Positions 1-12,374 of a stretch of 64,000 nt of DNA are shown piece after piece; the first letter of the stretch is position 1, and the number at the start of each line of letters is the position of its first letter. The notes under the pieces were generated by a model that was not told the origin of the DNA, ran no database searches, and saw only the letters and a list, made by a program, of their open reading frames with translations. Source of the DNA: Isurus oxyrinchus (lineage: Eukaryota); NCBI GenBank assembly GCA_026770705.1, contig JANJGN010000001.1, positions 64,294,001 to 64,358,000 on the forward strand, given 5' to 3'. The position numbers and the translations under genes are program-made.

Positions 1-883
1 TGAATATGTAGGAGCAATTATGATGAGATTATCTTGTTGAGAGTTTCAGATGAAACTACAAACAATCAAATATGTTGTTTGAATCCTGAGATTAAATGAA
101 TGCATCATACTTTCACATATCTGTTATGTATCATAACATTTGGAGTGGAATTGATGGGAAATCATTGCTCTCAACTACATATTCCTTCAGCTGCAGATGT
201 CACTGTCCTGAATTTGCCTGATTTAAGTCAACTGATGCTTCCAATGTTAACAAAGATGACAGTTGTGGCAAGATTGCTAAGTGATGAGGAAATAGCACAA
301 TCAGTGCATAACCTCTTTATGGATAGAGTGGCATCATGCTGGAGCTGACAAAAATGCTGGAGGATGATCCATTGAACATGGAGGCTGGTGGGTATACCAA
401 AACAAGAATGATTTAAGGAGAAGAAATCATGAGACTTTACTTAGAGGGCAAAATCAATATTATTAAACACAAATCTGATGTTAATGATTCATGAGAGGGG
501 AATTAACTTTTATCAAGTGCTGCCTCTGACACAGTTCTCCCTCTACTCACCTAAACATACCAAGTGAAGAACTGAAAATAGAAGAAGTGATTATAAATAG
601 ATGACTTTGCTTGTCACTGTTTGTCATTGTTGGCTGCAGGACTAAGGAAAATGAAAGGAATGTGACTGAGATTATCAGTGGAGTTGCCACAACCTCAGTG
701 CCAAAAGCAGTATAAACTCCTGCAGCACAGACAGGTGGAGGGTCAAAGAAGGAGCAAAGGAGGTGTTATAACAGACAGGTCTTCCACCATCTGTGGCCTA
801 GAATTTAGTTTGTATCAAACTACTAGGCTCCAGTAAAGCAGATAGGAAGTGTGCAGAAGTGTGCTCCTTGCCACATTGAACAA

Positions 884-2000
884 TGTTATGGATAGCGTCG
901 GAAGAGAACTGAAAAACTTTTACTTCTCCCCTTACTGTTCATAATTAGTGTGGAAGATGTGCGTGATTCTTAGTGTGCATGGCCAATTTTTACAACAGCA
1001 TCAAGCTTCTGTGGGTTCAAATAAAGAAGATTATTTATTCATGCATTCACTCTGAAAGCGTAAACACTACACCACTCATGTACACACACACACATACACG
1101 AGAAAAACAGTTTAAGAGAATAATGCACTTTTGCAAGTTGTAAGCCAAAGAATAGTTCATGTGTTTGGCTCATCATAGGAAAAATAGTCATTGTGGGACT
1201 GATGAAGGTCGTGTTTTTACTCCAAGAGGGCAGTTTAGGTGGTTTCAATAATTGTAGATGTATTTCAGGGATTATTGCAGGATTCCTTTGGCGATGTGAA
1301 TGTTCAGCAGGTTGCAAAGTTAATCACTTTTAGTCTCTTCTGAGTAGGAGGTCAAGTTTCTTTACAAGTGGGCTTGGAATGGGATTCAGGCTAGGAGACG
1401 TTTTAGATGTAACAGCCTCCATGATTTTAAAAAGGCATTGGTATTACTGCCTTTGGCCACTGCTGATGTTCCTTGCAGATGGTGTTCTTGTGTAGGCTGC
1501 CTGAATTTTTCTCTGTCTTAGATATAATGCATTATCTGAAGACGTTTCTATCATGTGATTAACTTCTAATGGCCACCCAGGATGACCTGGAAGTCCAAAA
1601 ACATGACTACACAATGGGTTAATGGACGAGTTCTTCACACTAACTCAGGATAGATTGGTTTCTGCCCAGCTCTCATTGTTAGGTTTCAAACTCAAAAATA
1701 TGTACTGGAATTTTCCTGCGGCCCCAGCATCGGTGGGCATTGTTGTGAGTGGGACAGGAAAATTTAGAGAGCTTTCGGTGCCGGAAAATCCTGCTCTTGG
1801 AGTCTGGACTTGTGTTTTTTGTCAGCCACCAGCAGTAGCAAGTGTAAGTTTCACAGATAGTATTCATCTTGGTATGTCCACTCAAGGTGGAAGCACTCCA
1901 TCCAAAGGCATACAGGTAGGAACTTTCAGGAAACTTAAGATAGTCTGTGTAGTCTTGCAGAAGTCACCTGACCCTTAGCAGCTATCTTACAGTCTTATTA
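884..2000. mobile_element. Possible solo LTR-like repeat (boundaries uncertain)
   Basis: Starts TGTTATG like the LTRs at 14664/20447. Has a minus-strand AATAAA-like signal near 1033 and a short (CA)n tract, with no coding potential. No TSD or right end identified. Confidence 0.25.
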
Positions 2001-2389
2001 GGGTCAATTTAAAAAAAAAATAAAAGACAGTTCCAGGAAAGTACATAATGAATGCAGTTTAAAGTTAAGAATAGGATGTGCCTTAACTGGGCATGACAAT
2101 AAGAATAAATAAAGTCAACAATCAACATGCTCTTTGTATTCTCAAATAGAGGCCTAATGTGTATTTGAGGCCCCTTTCTGTAAGTTAGATTTTCCCCCAG
2201 GAGGCCTGAGTCTCTGCTGAACTCAGAAACAAGCACTAAGGATCACCTGCACCAAAAACGGTAAGTAATTTTAAAGGGCTACATTGAAAGATCCAAATGC
2301 TGCTCGCAACCCAGTACCCTGCCACCTCCATTGCTTCTGCCCCTGGCTTGAATCCTGATCCTGGGCTCTTGATCTCCCAGGCAACTTTT

Positions 2390-2589
2390 CTTGGTGGACA
2401 CATTTAACTTTATTTACAAGACAGCAGCAGCAACTACATGTGTGCATCAAACTCTGTAACTAAAGGAGAACTCTCTCCTAAAGGTTCCGGTGCTGCTATC
2501 TCATTAGTTTACTCAGATCATGTGATCTTACAACACAGGATTATTCTTAAAGCTACAGTCCCACCTTTATCAAAACTATAATTACTACA
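2390..2589 (-). repeat. 3' LTR of Gypsy element (left boundary approximate)
   Basis: Begins TG right after the PPT on the minus strand. Contains a minus-strand AATAAA near 2410. Confidence 0.65.
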
Positions 2590-2675
2590 TTCCTCCCCCT
2601 TTAGCTTTCCTGTACATTTTGTATTTACAAGGATATTTATCTAATGACATTACAATATTTACACAGGTCATGAAA

Positions 2676-5450
2676 TTACAAGTTCAGTCTTTCAGGTGGT
2701 TTCCTGATCCATATGGAACTTCGTAGCTCCACGACTTCTGATTCCTTTGCAGGAACCACCTTCTCTGGAACTGCGTTAACATCAGGTACCTCATTAGGCA
2801 CATGTAGTTCAATGTCTTCCAGTCTGACAGAGACATCGGGCATGTCTGTCCTTGACTGGGCAAGTTCAACAGGAACCACAGGTTCAGCAATAGTTACAGG
2901 TGGGACATCATTTTGTTGGGATTTCTACCTTTTCCTTAAATGATCCATATGCTTATGGGTGATGTGGCCCTGAATTTCCATGTGGTATGACAATGGTCCA
3001 GTCACACAGCTTACTGTACCAGGTAACCACTTCGGTCCTCCACTGAAATTCCTTACATATACAGCTTCTCCAACAGTAAATTATCGCTCACGACTGGGCA
3101 AATCATGACTCGCTTTTTGATTGCTTTGAATTTTCTCCACCTTCCCCTCCAAATTGGAAAGTATCAGGCTTAGCCTTGACCGAAGATGGCGCCCCATCAG
3201 TAATTCTGCCGCTGTTGCTCCTGTCGTAGTGTGGGGTTGGTGGGGGTGGGGGTTCACCTGTTAACTTTTTCATTCCTGCCTTAAAAGCTTGTATGCCCTT
3301 TCCGCCAGCCCTTTAGATGATAGATGGTATAGTGCAGTCTTCACATGGTTGACATCACTGATGCTGACAAATCGTTGAAACTTAGCATTCATAAACATAA
3401 TACCTTTATCCAAGATGATTACTACTGGCAATCCATGGATGGTGAAACTTTGGTATAATTTTGCTGTAGTAGCACCTGACATTGGTGACTTTACCTCAAA
3501 AATGTCTAACCACTTGGAATGAGCATCTATAATCAGTAGAAACATGGTTCCAAGGAAAAGACCGATGTAATCTATGGGCAATCTTACCCAGGGTCTGCCA
3601 GGTCACTCTCACGGGTGTACTAGGGCTGCCACAGGCAACTTTTGTAGCTGTTGAAATTGCACACAGTGTTTTACCACCTTCTCAATATCGCCGTCCATCC
3701 CCGGCCACCAAAGGTAATTTTGCGCTATTGTTTTCATTCGGGAGATCCCTGGATGGGCACTGTGTAGCTTTACTAAGAATGGTTCCCTTCCTTGTGAAGG
3801 CACTACTACTCATGCACCCCATAATAGAATATCATCTTGACTGCTCATCTCGTGTCTTTGGTTGAAACATTGCTTCAATTCATCAGAGACTGGTTCCTGG
3901 GACCAACCATGTAACACTTGGTCTTTCACTCGAGAAAGGACTGGATCATGGTTCATCCAGTTTCTTATCTGCCTGGCACAGGCTGGTGAGGAATCTAGGA
4001 AATTCATCACTAATATGAGCCCCTGTGGGATTGTTCATCATTCTCTTGCAAATGAAGGCAACTTAGAGCATCGGCATTTACAAAATGACCCCCTGGGCTA
4101 TGTACAAAGGTGTATTTATATGCTGCCAAAATTAGGGCTCATCTTTATATTCATGCAGAAGCTATGGGAAGTATAGCTTTTCCTCATTAAACAGACCAAA
4201 AAGTGGTTTGTGGTCATAAAGTGTCACCCATGCACATATTGGTGGAAATTTTTTACACCAAATATAATCAACAGACCTTCCTTTTCGATCTGAGAATATT
4301 CTTTTTCAGCTGTGGTAAGTGTCCTGGATACAAAGCCTATTGGCCTCTCTGTACCATTGTCCATCCTGTGAGATAGAACCACTCCCACTCCCACTCCATA
4401 GGGGGACACATCGCAGGCTAGCAGCAATTCCTTTGTCAGGTCATAGTGCACTGACAAATTTGAAGAGCGCAAGAACTGTTTTACTTTCATAAAAGCTTCT
4501 TCTTGGGGTGACTTCCAAACCCAAAGCTGGTTTTTCTTTAGCAATGAAGGGGCTGGAACTGTTGAGAAATTTGGTAGAAATCCGCCAAAAATTATTTAAG
4601 TTCAGAGATGTTCTTAGGTGTAGGCCCCTCTCTGATTGCTTTACCCTTCTCTTCAACAAGGTGTAACCTTTGGGCATCTACCCGGTGGCCCAAATAAATA
4701 ACTTCATATGCCTGAAAAGTGCATTTTTCCTTCTTTAGGTGCACTCATGCTTCTAAAAATCATTTCAGGATTTCCTCTAGATTAGCCAAGTGTTCCTTTT
4801 CTGTGAATCCAGTTATCAGTACATAGTCCCGGTAGACCATAACTTGAGGTAGCCCCTGTAGCAAACTCTCCAACGTCCTCTGAAAAATGGCACAGGCCGA
4901 GGAAATACCAAAGGCCAGGTGTGTGTATTGATATAATCATTTGTGGGTATTTATGATCAAAAATTTTCAGGGAGCATCATGCAGCTCTATTTGCTGATAT
5001 ACATGACTCATGTCAAGCTTTGCATACATTGTCCCTCCTGCGAGCTTGGCATATAGGTCTTCAATCTTGGGAATAGGATATCTGTCCAGTTCGGCTGCTT
5101 TGTTGACCATTAGTTTATAGTCCCCACAGATCCAGACGCTCTGATCAAGTTTTAGGACAGGGATTATGGGTGCTGCCCACTCTGAGAACTGAACTGCTTT
5201 TATGAAACCCAGCTCCTCTAGTTAGTTCAACTCATTGTCAACCTTCTCTCTCAGGTCGTATGGCACCGGTCTTGCTTTTAAGAAGCGAGGGTTTGCTTCT
5301 GGGACACCATAAATCTTGGCCTGTAGACCTTGTATTTTTCTCAGTTCATCCTTGAAGACGGTGTCATACTTTTTTTTAGCAACTTTGGCAGCCCCCCTGC
5401 TTGCAACTGGAAGATTTTGGACCAGTTTAATTTAATCTCTTTCAACCAAG
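2676..5450 (-). pseudogene. pol: Gypsy pol pseudogene (RT-RNaseH-integrase)
   Basis: RT catalytic motif decayed to VMVYRDYVLITG (~4815-4850). RNase H LACDVSPYGVG...YSQIEKEGL (4224-4544). Integrase Zn finger LHSAHPGISRMK..WWPGMDGDIE (3609-3803) and core IDY..DAHSKW..GLAER (3270-3581). C-terminus RKPPERLNL. Many stops and frameshifts. Confidence 0.9.
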
Positions 5451-6366
5451 GTGTGTGTCTTCAAAGTTCACCACTCATTATGTCCCTGCTTTGACACATC
5501 CACGTGAACTGTGTTATTCCCTCCTCGCGTGAGGAAAGGACTTGAATCGATGTCTTCCTCGTTTTGTCCTCACCTCACCTTTATTACTGTTTAACAGTTT
5601 TGCCTGCAAGAAAGTAAGGAGAGTGTTTGTGACAGCATAGTGAGGTGCTTTGAGGATGTGCATGTGAAGGCTGAGCAGTGGTGTTGTTGTGTGAAGGTTG
5701 ATACAAGAACTGGCAGCACAAGCGGAAAAAAGGCAAGATTTCTACTTATATAGCAATCTTCACGATTGCCAGGGGAAGAATTTTGAGGTTGTTGGCTGGG
5801 TGTGGAGGGTGGGCCCAGGAGGGACTGCGAAATGGCCTGCTGTCTGTGATCGGCCCCCAACCGCGATTTCACGCTGGCTGGCCGATTAACAGCCAGCGTA
5901 AAAGGTGTGCCGAAAGGCTCAGTGCTGTTGGGGTGGGGGTGGGAGTAGGGAAAGTGCTTAAGTCAGCACAGGCAGGGGGGGAGCACGGAATGAAAGCTCC
6001 CTGAAGACAGAGAGCTGCGTCAGGGAGCTGAAGAATTTAAAACAATCAAATCAAAATTTTAAAATGCGGAGAAAATGTCCAACATCAGACTCTCTCACCT
6101 AAACATGTAGGGCAGAATTTTATGTTTGTTGGGTTGGTGGGCCTGACTCAATCGGCGGCGGGCGCATAGCCAATCTCCGCCAGTGAAACGGGCCATGCTG
6201 CCATTTAGCACGGGCGAGCCAATTAAGGCCCACCCAGAGCGTTTCAGACTTCTGTGTGCAGCGAGAATTTCAAATGTGCGGCGAGAATATACAGACCGTC
6301 AGTTCCAATGGGGAACCAACAGACTGTATAAAGAAAGGCCAGGCAGCCTCCTTTAGGCTGTTCACT

Positions 6367-9300
6367 ATGGCCAGCGACCGGTGCAGGGGGTCTGCACAGC
6401 GGGCTCCAGAGGAGGGCAGGGCAGAGGAGGAGGGGGGCAGTCTGCAGGGTAGGCCAGCGGGGGTCCAGTATGCCCCTCACTTCTCTGATGCCTGCCTTGC
6501 TGCCCTCCTTGAAGAGGTGTCACATCATCAGGAGCTGTTGTTTCCCGAGGATGGGAGGAAGAGGGCCCCCCACATTACCAAGCAGGACTGGCAGGAGGTG
6601 GCGGAGACTGTTTGCTCTCATGCTGCTGTGCGGGGCACAGGAACCCAGTGCCACAAACATTTCAACGATTTGTTGCACTCTGGAAGGGTGAGTACCATGT
6701 CGGCCTTGGCCATTTTACCCAGCAGGTAGCCTTAGTCCTTGAGGCCCCCTCTCCCCATTGCATCCCCCCACCGACGTCTTAGTTTCGTATCTGCATTGGG
6801 CATTTGGCACACGCTGGGTGGGCATACAGATAGTGACCATGCTTACATCAGCCTTAGTGGCTGAGGAGAAGATGGGTTCTCCCCGCAGCATATGTTGGTG
6901 TTTGTCGCATTTGAGTAGTCTGGGGGCAACCTGCAGGGGAGGCAGCTAGACACATACTCAGAACTCCAACACATGTATTATTGATGGTGATGAGATGGTG
7001 GAAGGGGAGCCTCAAGGTGTCATGGCCAAGAGCCATCTGCTGTCATCGGCGCCACACCAAGTTGCGTCTCCTTGCCATGGGCGCTAAGACCCGTGTGTTA
7101 TTACAAGTGATGGATGCCGAATGTGTTCAAGGTGGCTGTTGGGGGAGGGGATTGGGACCAGCTGTACTATCTTCTGGGGACTGATCACCAGTAGTGTGGA
7201 CAGGAGCCGCTGGAGGCCTCAGATGGGCCACTATGGTTGGGGTGTGACATGTGTTCTGCAGGCAAAAACAGAGCATAATAGCCGGGAGCGTTTGCTGATT
7301 GGTGGTGGGCACACCGTGCTGCAGCACATAACCACATTTGAGGAGCAGGCCATGGAGCTGGGGAGGAGGCAACTGGCCAGGTTGGCAGGTGTTAGCCAGG
7401 CTGGGGTGCAGCGGCCAGATATTTGAGGCCTACAGTCCCATCCACTCTGTCTTCCCACCATCCAAAGCACTGATGATTGCTGTAATTGTTAATGCAGCAA
7501 CACTGCTCATTCACAGACTGATACAGTCAGACATGTAGGTCATACACAAAGGTCCCTTGGCCCCTTGAGGATGCGCATCTCTAGCACCTTCCAAAGTCGC
7601 CTTATCCCATTTGTGACCACTATCCCCATGGTCTAACATGCCATGGCATCGCTGCTGCACATCCAAAGACTTATTGAATCTTAGGAGGGTTTGTACCTCC
7701 ACTACCCTTTCAGCCAGTACGTCCCACATTACTCTGTCCAAAACGTCCTCAGCACCTCACCTGTCAACCTCATGGCACTCAACTTAAATAAGTGCCACCA
7801 TGTTAGTCATTCCTGTGCCAAGGGGAAATGTTGCCTTCTGTCCACCCATTCTATGCCCCTCATAACGGTATGAAGGTCAATAATGTGACCTGTCAATCTC
7901 CTGTGCTCCATGGCAAATGTCACAAGTGTTTGCAATGTTTCCTCATCACTCCAACTCTCCCGGCCAGCATGCATCCTGGTCAGGAACCTCTGCACTCTCC
8001 CCACTCCAATGCCATCCCTCCCATGAAGCGCAGGTCACAACAACGCAGAAGTGTAGCTGTGGCCTCGACAGCGTTTTCTGCACTTGCAACATGACCTCCC
8101 TTTTCCTACATTCTATTCCTTGGCTAATAAAGGCAGGTCTGGCTTTGACCCTGTTAAACGCCTTATGTTCCTGTTCTGCTACCTTAACGGGTCTGCCCAG
8201 CAAGGTCCCTGTAATCGTCGTGACTTCCCATGGTCCTACCATTACTCATGTATTCCCGTACCTTGTTTGTCTTGCCCAAGTGCTTAACCGCACACTTACC
8301 CACATAACCTTCCATGTGGCATTCCTTAGGCCATCTGACCAGCCTGTCTGTATGTGCATGGAATGTTTGGGCCTCCTCTTGACTATTTACCACCTCAACA
8401 ATGTTAGTCTCCTTAGGTTATTGAAGGTTGAATGCATTATAAGCCTGGGGGGAGTGGGGAAGGATGAATTGTGTTACTGACTGAACGCTAACTGATTCAC
8501 TCTCCTTGTTGTTAATTTCAGCATCACCACTGCATGGCCTCCCCCAACACATCCAGAGCCCCCCCTCCACACCTGAGGGGCGTCACTTGCAAGTTGCGTC
8601 ACATCATTTCAGCGAGCCAGGTACCAGTGCAGTGACTACCACATCGGTGGGGATTATAACGCCAGTTAGTGCCCCGAGGCACCACGGAGAGGGCACTTCA
8701 CAATCGCTGGAGGAGATGGCATGGACAGAGCGTGCTGATGGCGCCAGCAGCTGGAGGACTGCAGGGGACCAGGCACATGCTGTAATGATGTGGCTCTGGA
8801 GATGTCCGCCATGCAGCAGCTGCAGGACAAATGGCCGGGTGCGCGGGAGCATCTGGCAGGGTTGCATGAGGGTGTGCTTCACTTGGTCTCTGTGGTGGAG
8901 GAGTCCAGGCAGAGTGTCAGTGATGGCATGAACCTCAGGACAGAGCTTCAGCCTTCTTCTATGGAGAGATTGGCGACTTTATGGAGAGGGGCTTCCAACA
9001 GATTGAGAATCATCTGATTGGGTTACGCTCTGACCTGCAAGTCCTCACAGCGCTAATGGGCACACGTGGTAATTGGCAATGTGGGAGATGTTCTGGGCAC
9101 CAAGTGTCACCGCTCGGTGCCCAACCATCTGCGGTGAGCAGGGAGGTCCAATGTGACCTCAACGTCGGTGCAGCAGCTGCCTGTCGTCTCTGTGAGCTCC
9201 TCTCAGGGCACTCCGGATGAAGGCAGCAGCTCCTCAGCCCCTCTGCCAGTGACTGTTGCATCCGTTGAGGCTGCGACAACTGAGGAGGTGCCAGTTCTGC

Positions 9301-9476
9301 AACTGACCACTCCCTCCCAGGTGGGGCCATCACAGGCTCCACGGGCAAGAGGACGCCCCCCCAAGGTCATCGATGCCAACAGGACAGCAGAGTCAGCATG
9401 CTGTCTCACAAGCCACTCTGACCAATGGGGCAGCACCTAGATGTAGTACCCGCAAACGAAAGCATAATGCATGTAA
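6367..9476 (+). pseudogene. Harbinger Myb/SANT-like DNA-binding protein, 3 exons (6367-6687, 7262-7418, 8522-~9476)
   Basis: Exon 1 APHFSDACLAALLEEV..WQEVAETV..QCHKHFNDLLHSGR|GTGAGT joins in phase 0 to ctgcAG|AKTEHNSRERLLIGGG. The second intron is phase-1 compatible with tttcAG|CA at 8522, but its donor reads AT. Exon 3 is frameshifted and ends in basic STRKRK. AATAAA at 9578-9583. Confidence 0.82.
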
Positions 9477-9782
9477 GGTACTCCACGGATTTGTCACTGG
9501 TGATTTTGTGTTGGCCCTAGATTAGGGAATGTTTTATTATCAGCTTCAGAGCGATATTTGTAGTTATTTTTGGTGGCAATAAATTTCACATTTGTGACCA
9601 TGGCTGAGGGTGTTTCCTTTGTGCTGCATTTGTCTGTTTCACAGACATATCATGAGTGTTTGAGTGGACATTGATGTTTCTGTACTAAGCCCTTAGTTGC
9701 AGCTGAAGAGGTGGAAGATGTAGCACCTAAGTGCCACGTGTGGAAGCGCCAGGCAATGCTGTACCTCCTGATCCATATGGAG

Positions 9783-11018
9783 CTAGCTGAAGGTTCATTG
9801 GATTAAAGTGTCCCGGATGTCCCTGCCTCCTTGGTGTAGTTGCGGGTCGGTGTGCTGCCCCTCATCATTGCCCTGTGCTTCCTCATCCTCTGGACCACTG
9901 CTGGAATCATCATGTGCAGTCTCATCCACTACGTCAAGGTCTTCATCATCAACTGCATCCTCCCTTTCCAGCACAAGATTGTGCAGAGCACAGCATGCTA
10001 CCACGATCAGGGAGACGCGATCTGGGGGGTACTGGAGTGCGCCCCCTGAGCAGTCCATGCAACAGAAGTGCATCTTGAGAAGACCGATGGCTCTCTCCAC
10101 CACAGCCCTTGTGGTGGCGTGGCTCCTATTGTACCGCTGCTCAGCTTCTGTTCTTGGATGGCGGAGAGGCATCATGAGCCACCTTCTGAAGGTATAGCCC
10201 TTGTTACCCAGCAGCCATCCATCCAGCTGAGCCAGAGCACTGAAGAGCCCCGGCACCTGGGAATGTCTGGGGATGTAGGCATCGTGGGAGCTGCCTGGGT
10301 ACCTTGCACAGACTTGCAGAATCTGCATCCTGTGGTCACACACTATCTGCACGTTCATGGAGTGGAAGCCCTTCCTGTTGACAAAGGCACCCGGCTCACC
10401 TGCTGGCGCCTTGATAGCCACATGGGTACAGTCTATTGCACCCTGGACATGGGGGAAGTCAGCAATGGCTGCGAAGCTTCTGGTTCACTCTGCCTGACTT
10501 GCCTGTTTGCAGCAGAAGTGGATAAAGGTGGATACCCATCTGAACAGAGCATCTGTGATCTGCTTGACACAAGTGTGGACAGCTGATTGGGAGACACCAC
10601 AAAGATCACCCACCGAGCCCTGGAAGAAGCCAGGTGCATAGAAGTGGAGGGCAACTTTGACCTTCAGAGCTGCTGGCATGGGGTGTCCACCCACACAGTT
10701 AGGAGAGATCTCAGGGCCAATCATCTGACAGATATAGTTCACTGTCCCCCTTGAGAGTCGGATCCTCCTTTGGCACTGCACCTCAGTCATATTGAGGTAG
10801 CTGCTTCGCCGCCTGAGTACCCTGGCAGCAGGATAGTGGCATCTTCTGCGGCCCCTTCCACCTTGGACAACCTCTTGGCCCTGTGCCCCTTGTGCCTGCG
10901 CCTGGCCTCCCAAAGGTGGCTCCCCTGGAGGCTGATTGTCTGCTCCTGGCCTCCTCCTTATTCTGTCCCTTCCTTTCTCCTCAGAGGAGCTGCCTCCAGT
11001 GGAGATGTCAGAACCCAC
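9783..11018 (-). pseudogene. Harbinger DDE transposase (HARBI1-like)
   Basis: Motifs GAIDCTHVAIKAP, NRKGFHSMNVQIVCD, YPGSSHDAYI, LLGNKGY (D>N), YNRSHATTRAVVERAIGLLK, ACCALHN. N-terminal HTH-like region. Start codon reads GTG, frameshift near 10480, premature TGA at 9795. Confidence 0.93.
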
Positions 11019-11905
11019 ACTCCCAGGCTAAATGGAGGCCTCTGGAAAGCTGCAGGCCCGAGAAAGATTACTGTCTGCAGACTGGTGAGCTGAAGCTTCA
11101 AAGTACAGAGAAAACTATTGGAAATCGATCTGAACTGCTACCGATCACACAGGCAAGTTTAAAACAATAAATACTTCACATAAAACATTAACAAACCCTC
11201 TGAGCCCACATATCCCGCCAGGATGAGGTTTGTTAAAAATTCACTTAACTGCCTGCCCGTTGGGCCCTTGCGCTGAGCCGAAGATTGCACGGGTGCCTCA
11301 AAAGCGGTGTTGATTGCCGAGTTAAGGGTCGTAATAAGGCCTTTAATTAATGGCGGTCGCGCTTTGCGCTTCATTGTGTGCCTGCCCAGCTAAATATCAC
11401 AATGGTGCGCGGTGACATTAGCATGCTCGCCCGATGTCAGCACGCGACATTTTAAGCGCTGATGTGCGGGCTCCGCCACCCGCACGTCATACATAAAATT
11501 CTGCCCATAGATTCTAAAAATTCTGACCAAACATTTTTTTTAAATTAATATCGAAAACCTCATCTCGACCTTGGATGAGGTTTCCTCAAAAATCCAAAGG
11601 TCGCCTGGGCTGATTTGCCCACCTGCCAACCATAACATTGGACAGGAAGTGAAAAATCCGGGTTAATTAATACATTAATGCCCTTAATAGTCCTCTCAAT
11701 TGATGGCGGCTGTGCTGCCAACTCTTGCGTGTGCCCGCCGATCAAAATATTGCATGATATTTTGCACTTGAATGTGTGCCCACAAGCTGAGCGAAAAGTC
11801 CTGCCCCAGATGTTTCAAAGCACATTACAGGCAATGAAGTACTTTATGAAGTGTAGTCACTTTTTGTCATGTAGGAAAGATGACAACCAATTTGTGGACT
11901 GCAAA

Positions 11906-12374
11906 CAGGGCTTGTCTTATAAGGAGAGATTGAGCAGTTTAGGCCTAGACTCGCTAGAGTTTAGAAGGATGAGAGGAGATCTTATTGAGGTATATAAGAT
12001 GCTAAAGGGGATAGACAAAGTCGACATGGAGCAGATGTTTCCCCTTGTGGGGCATTCTAGAACGAGAGGCCATAGTTTTAGGCCAAGGGGTGGTAGATTT
12101 AAATCAGAGATGAAGAGGAATTACTTTTCTCAAAGGATCGTGAATCTGTGGAATTCGCTACCTCAGAGTGCAGTGGATGCTGGGACGCTGAATAAACTTA
12201 AGGAGGAGACAGACAGATTTTTAATTAGTAACGGGTTGAAAGGTTATGGGGAGAAGGTGGAAAATTGGAGTTGAGGCCGAAATGAGATCATCCATGGTCA
12301 TATTGAATGGCGGGGCAAGCTCAAGGGGCTGAATTGCCTACTCCTGCTCCTGGTTCTTATGTTCTTATGTTCTT
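11906..12374 (+). mobile_element. CR1-type LINE 3' fragment inserted in the SINE
   Basis: LSYKERLSSLGLDSLEFRRMRGDLIEVYKML..RGH..FSQRIVNLWNSLP, followed by a 3' UTR and (TTCTTATG)n tail. Confidence 0.9.

Larger units (their letters stand above)
2390..5590 (-). mobile_element. Degenerate Ty3/Gypsy LTR retrotransposon, internally deleted (no gag/protease seen)
   Basis: Minus-strand RT, RNase H and integrase fragments in canonical order. PPT AAAGGGGGAGGAA (2590-2602) directly precedes a 3' LTR starting TGTAGT at 2589. Confidence 0.88.
6110..11506. mobile_element. Full-length two-gene Harbinger/PIF DNA transposon (inactivated)
   Basis: Perfect 15-bp TIR GGGCAGAATTTTATG / CATAAAATTCTGCCC. Flanks GTA/ATA (3-bp TSD with one mismatch). 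Contains convergent Myb/SANT-like and DDE transposase genes. Confidence 0.93.
5773..11806 (+). mobile_element. Non-autonomous Harbinger MITE (~640 bp) split by a nested insertion (5773-6109 and 11507-11806)
   Basis: Ends GGGAAGAATTTT / AAAAGTCCTGCCC with 3-bp TSD CAG on both sides. The two halves are colinear with intact MITEs at 43017 and 51310. Confidence 0.88.

Noticed and set aside
1-880. ORF 100-348 and surrounding sequence as a gene or DNA-transposon relic
   Set aside because: No recognisable motif, splice structure or terminal repeats.
7917-8480. 187-aa ORF inside the Harbinger element as a third gene
   Set aside because: It falls within the predicted second intron of the Myb gene and shows no recognisable motif.
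9783-11018. Domesticated HARBI1 host gene
   Set aside because: It lies within TIRs next to a Myb partner and carries a frameshift and a substitution in a conserved motif, so it is a transposon copy.
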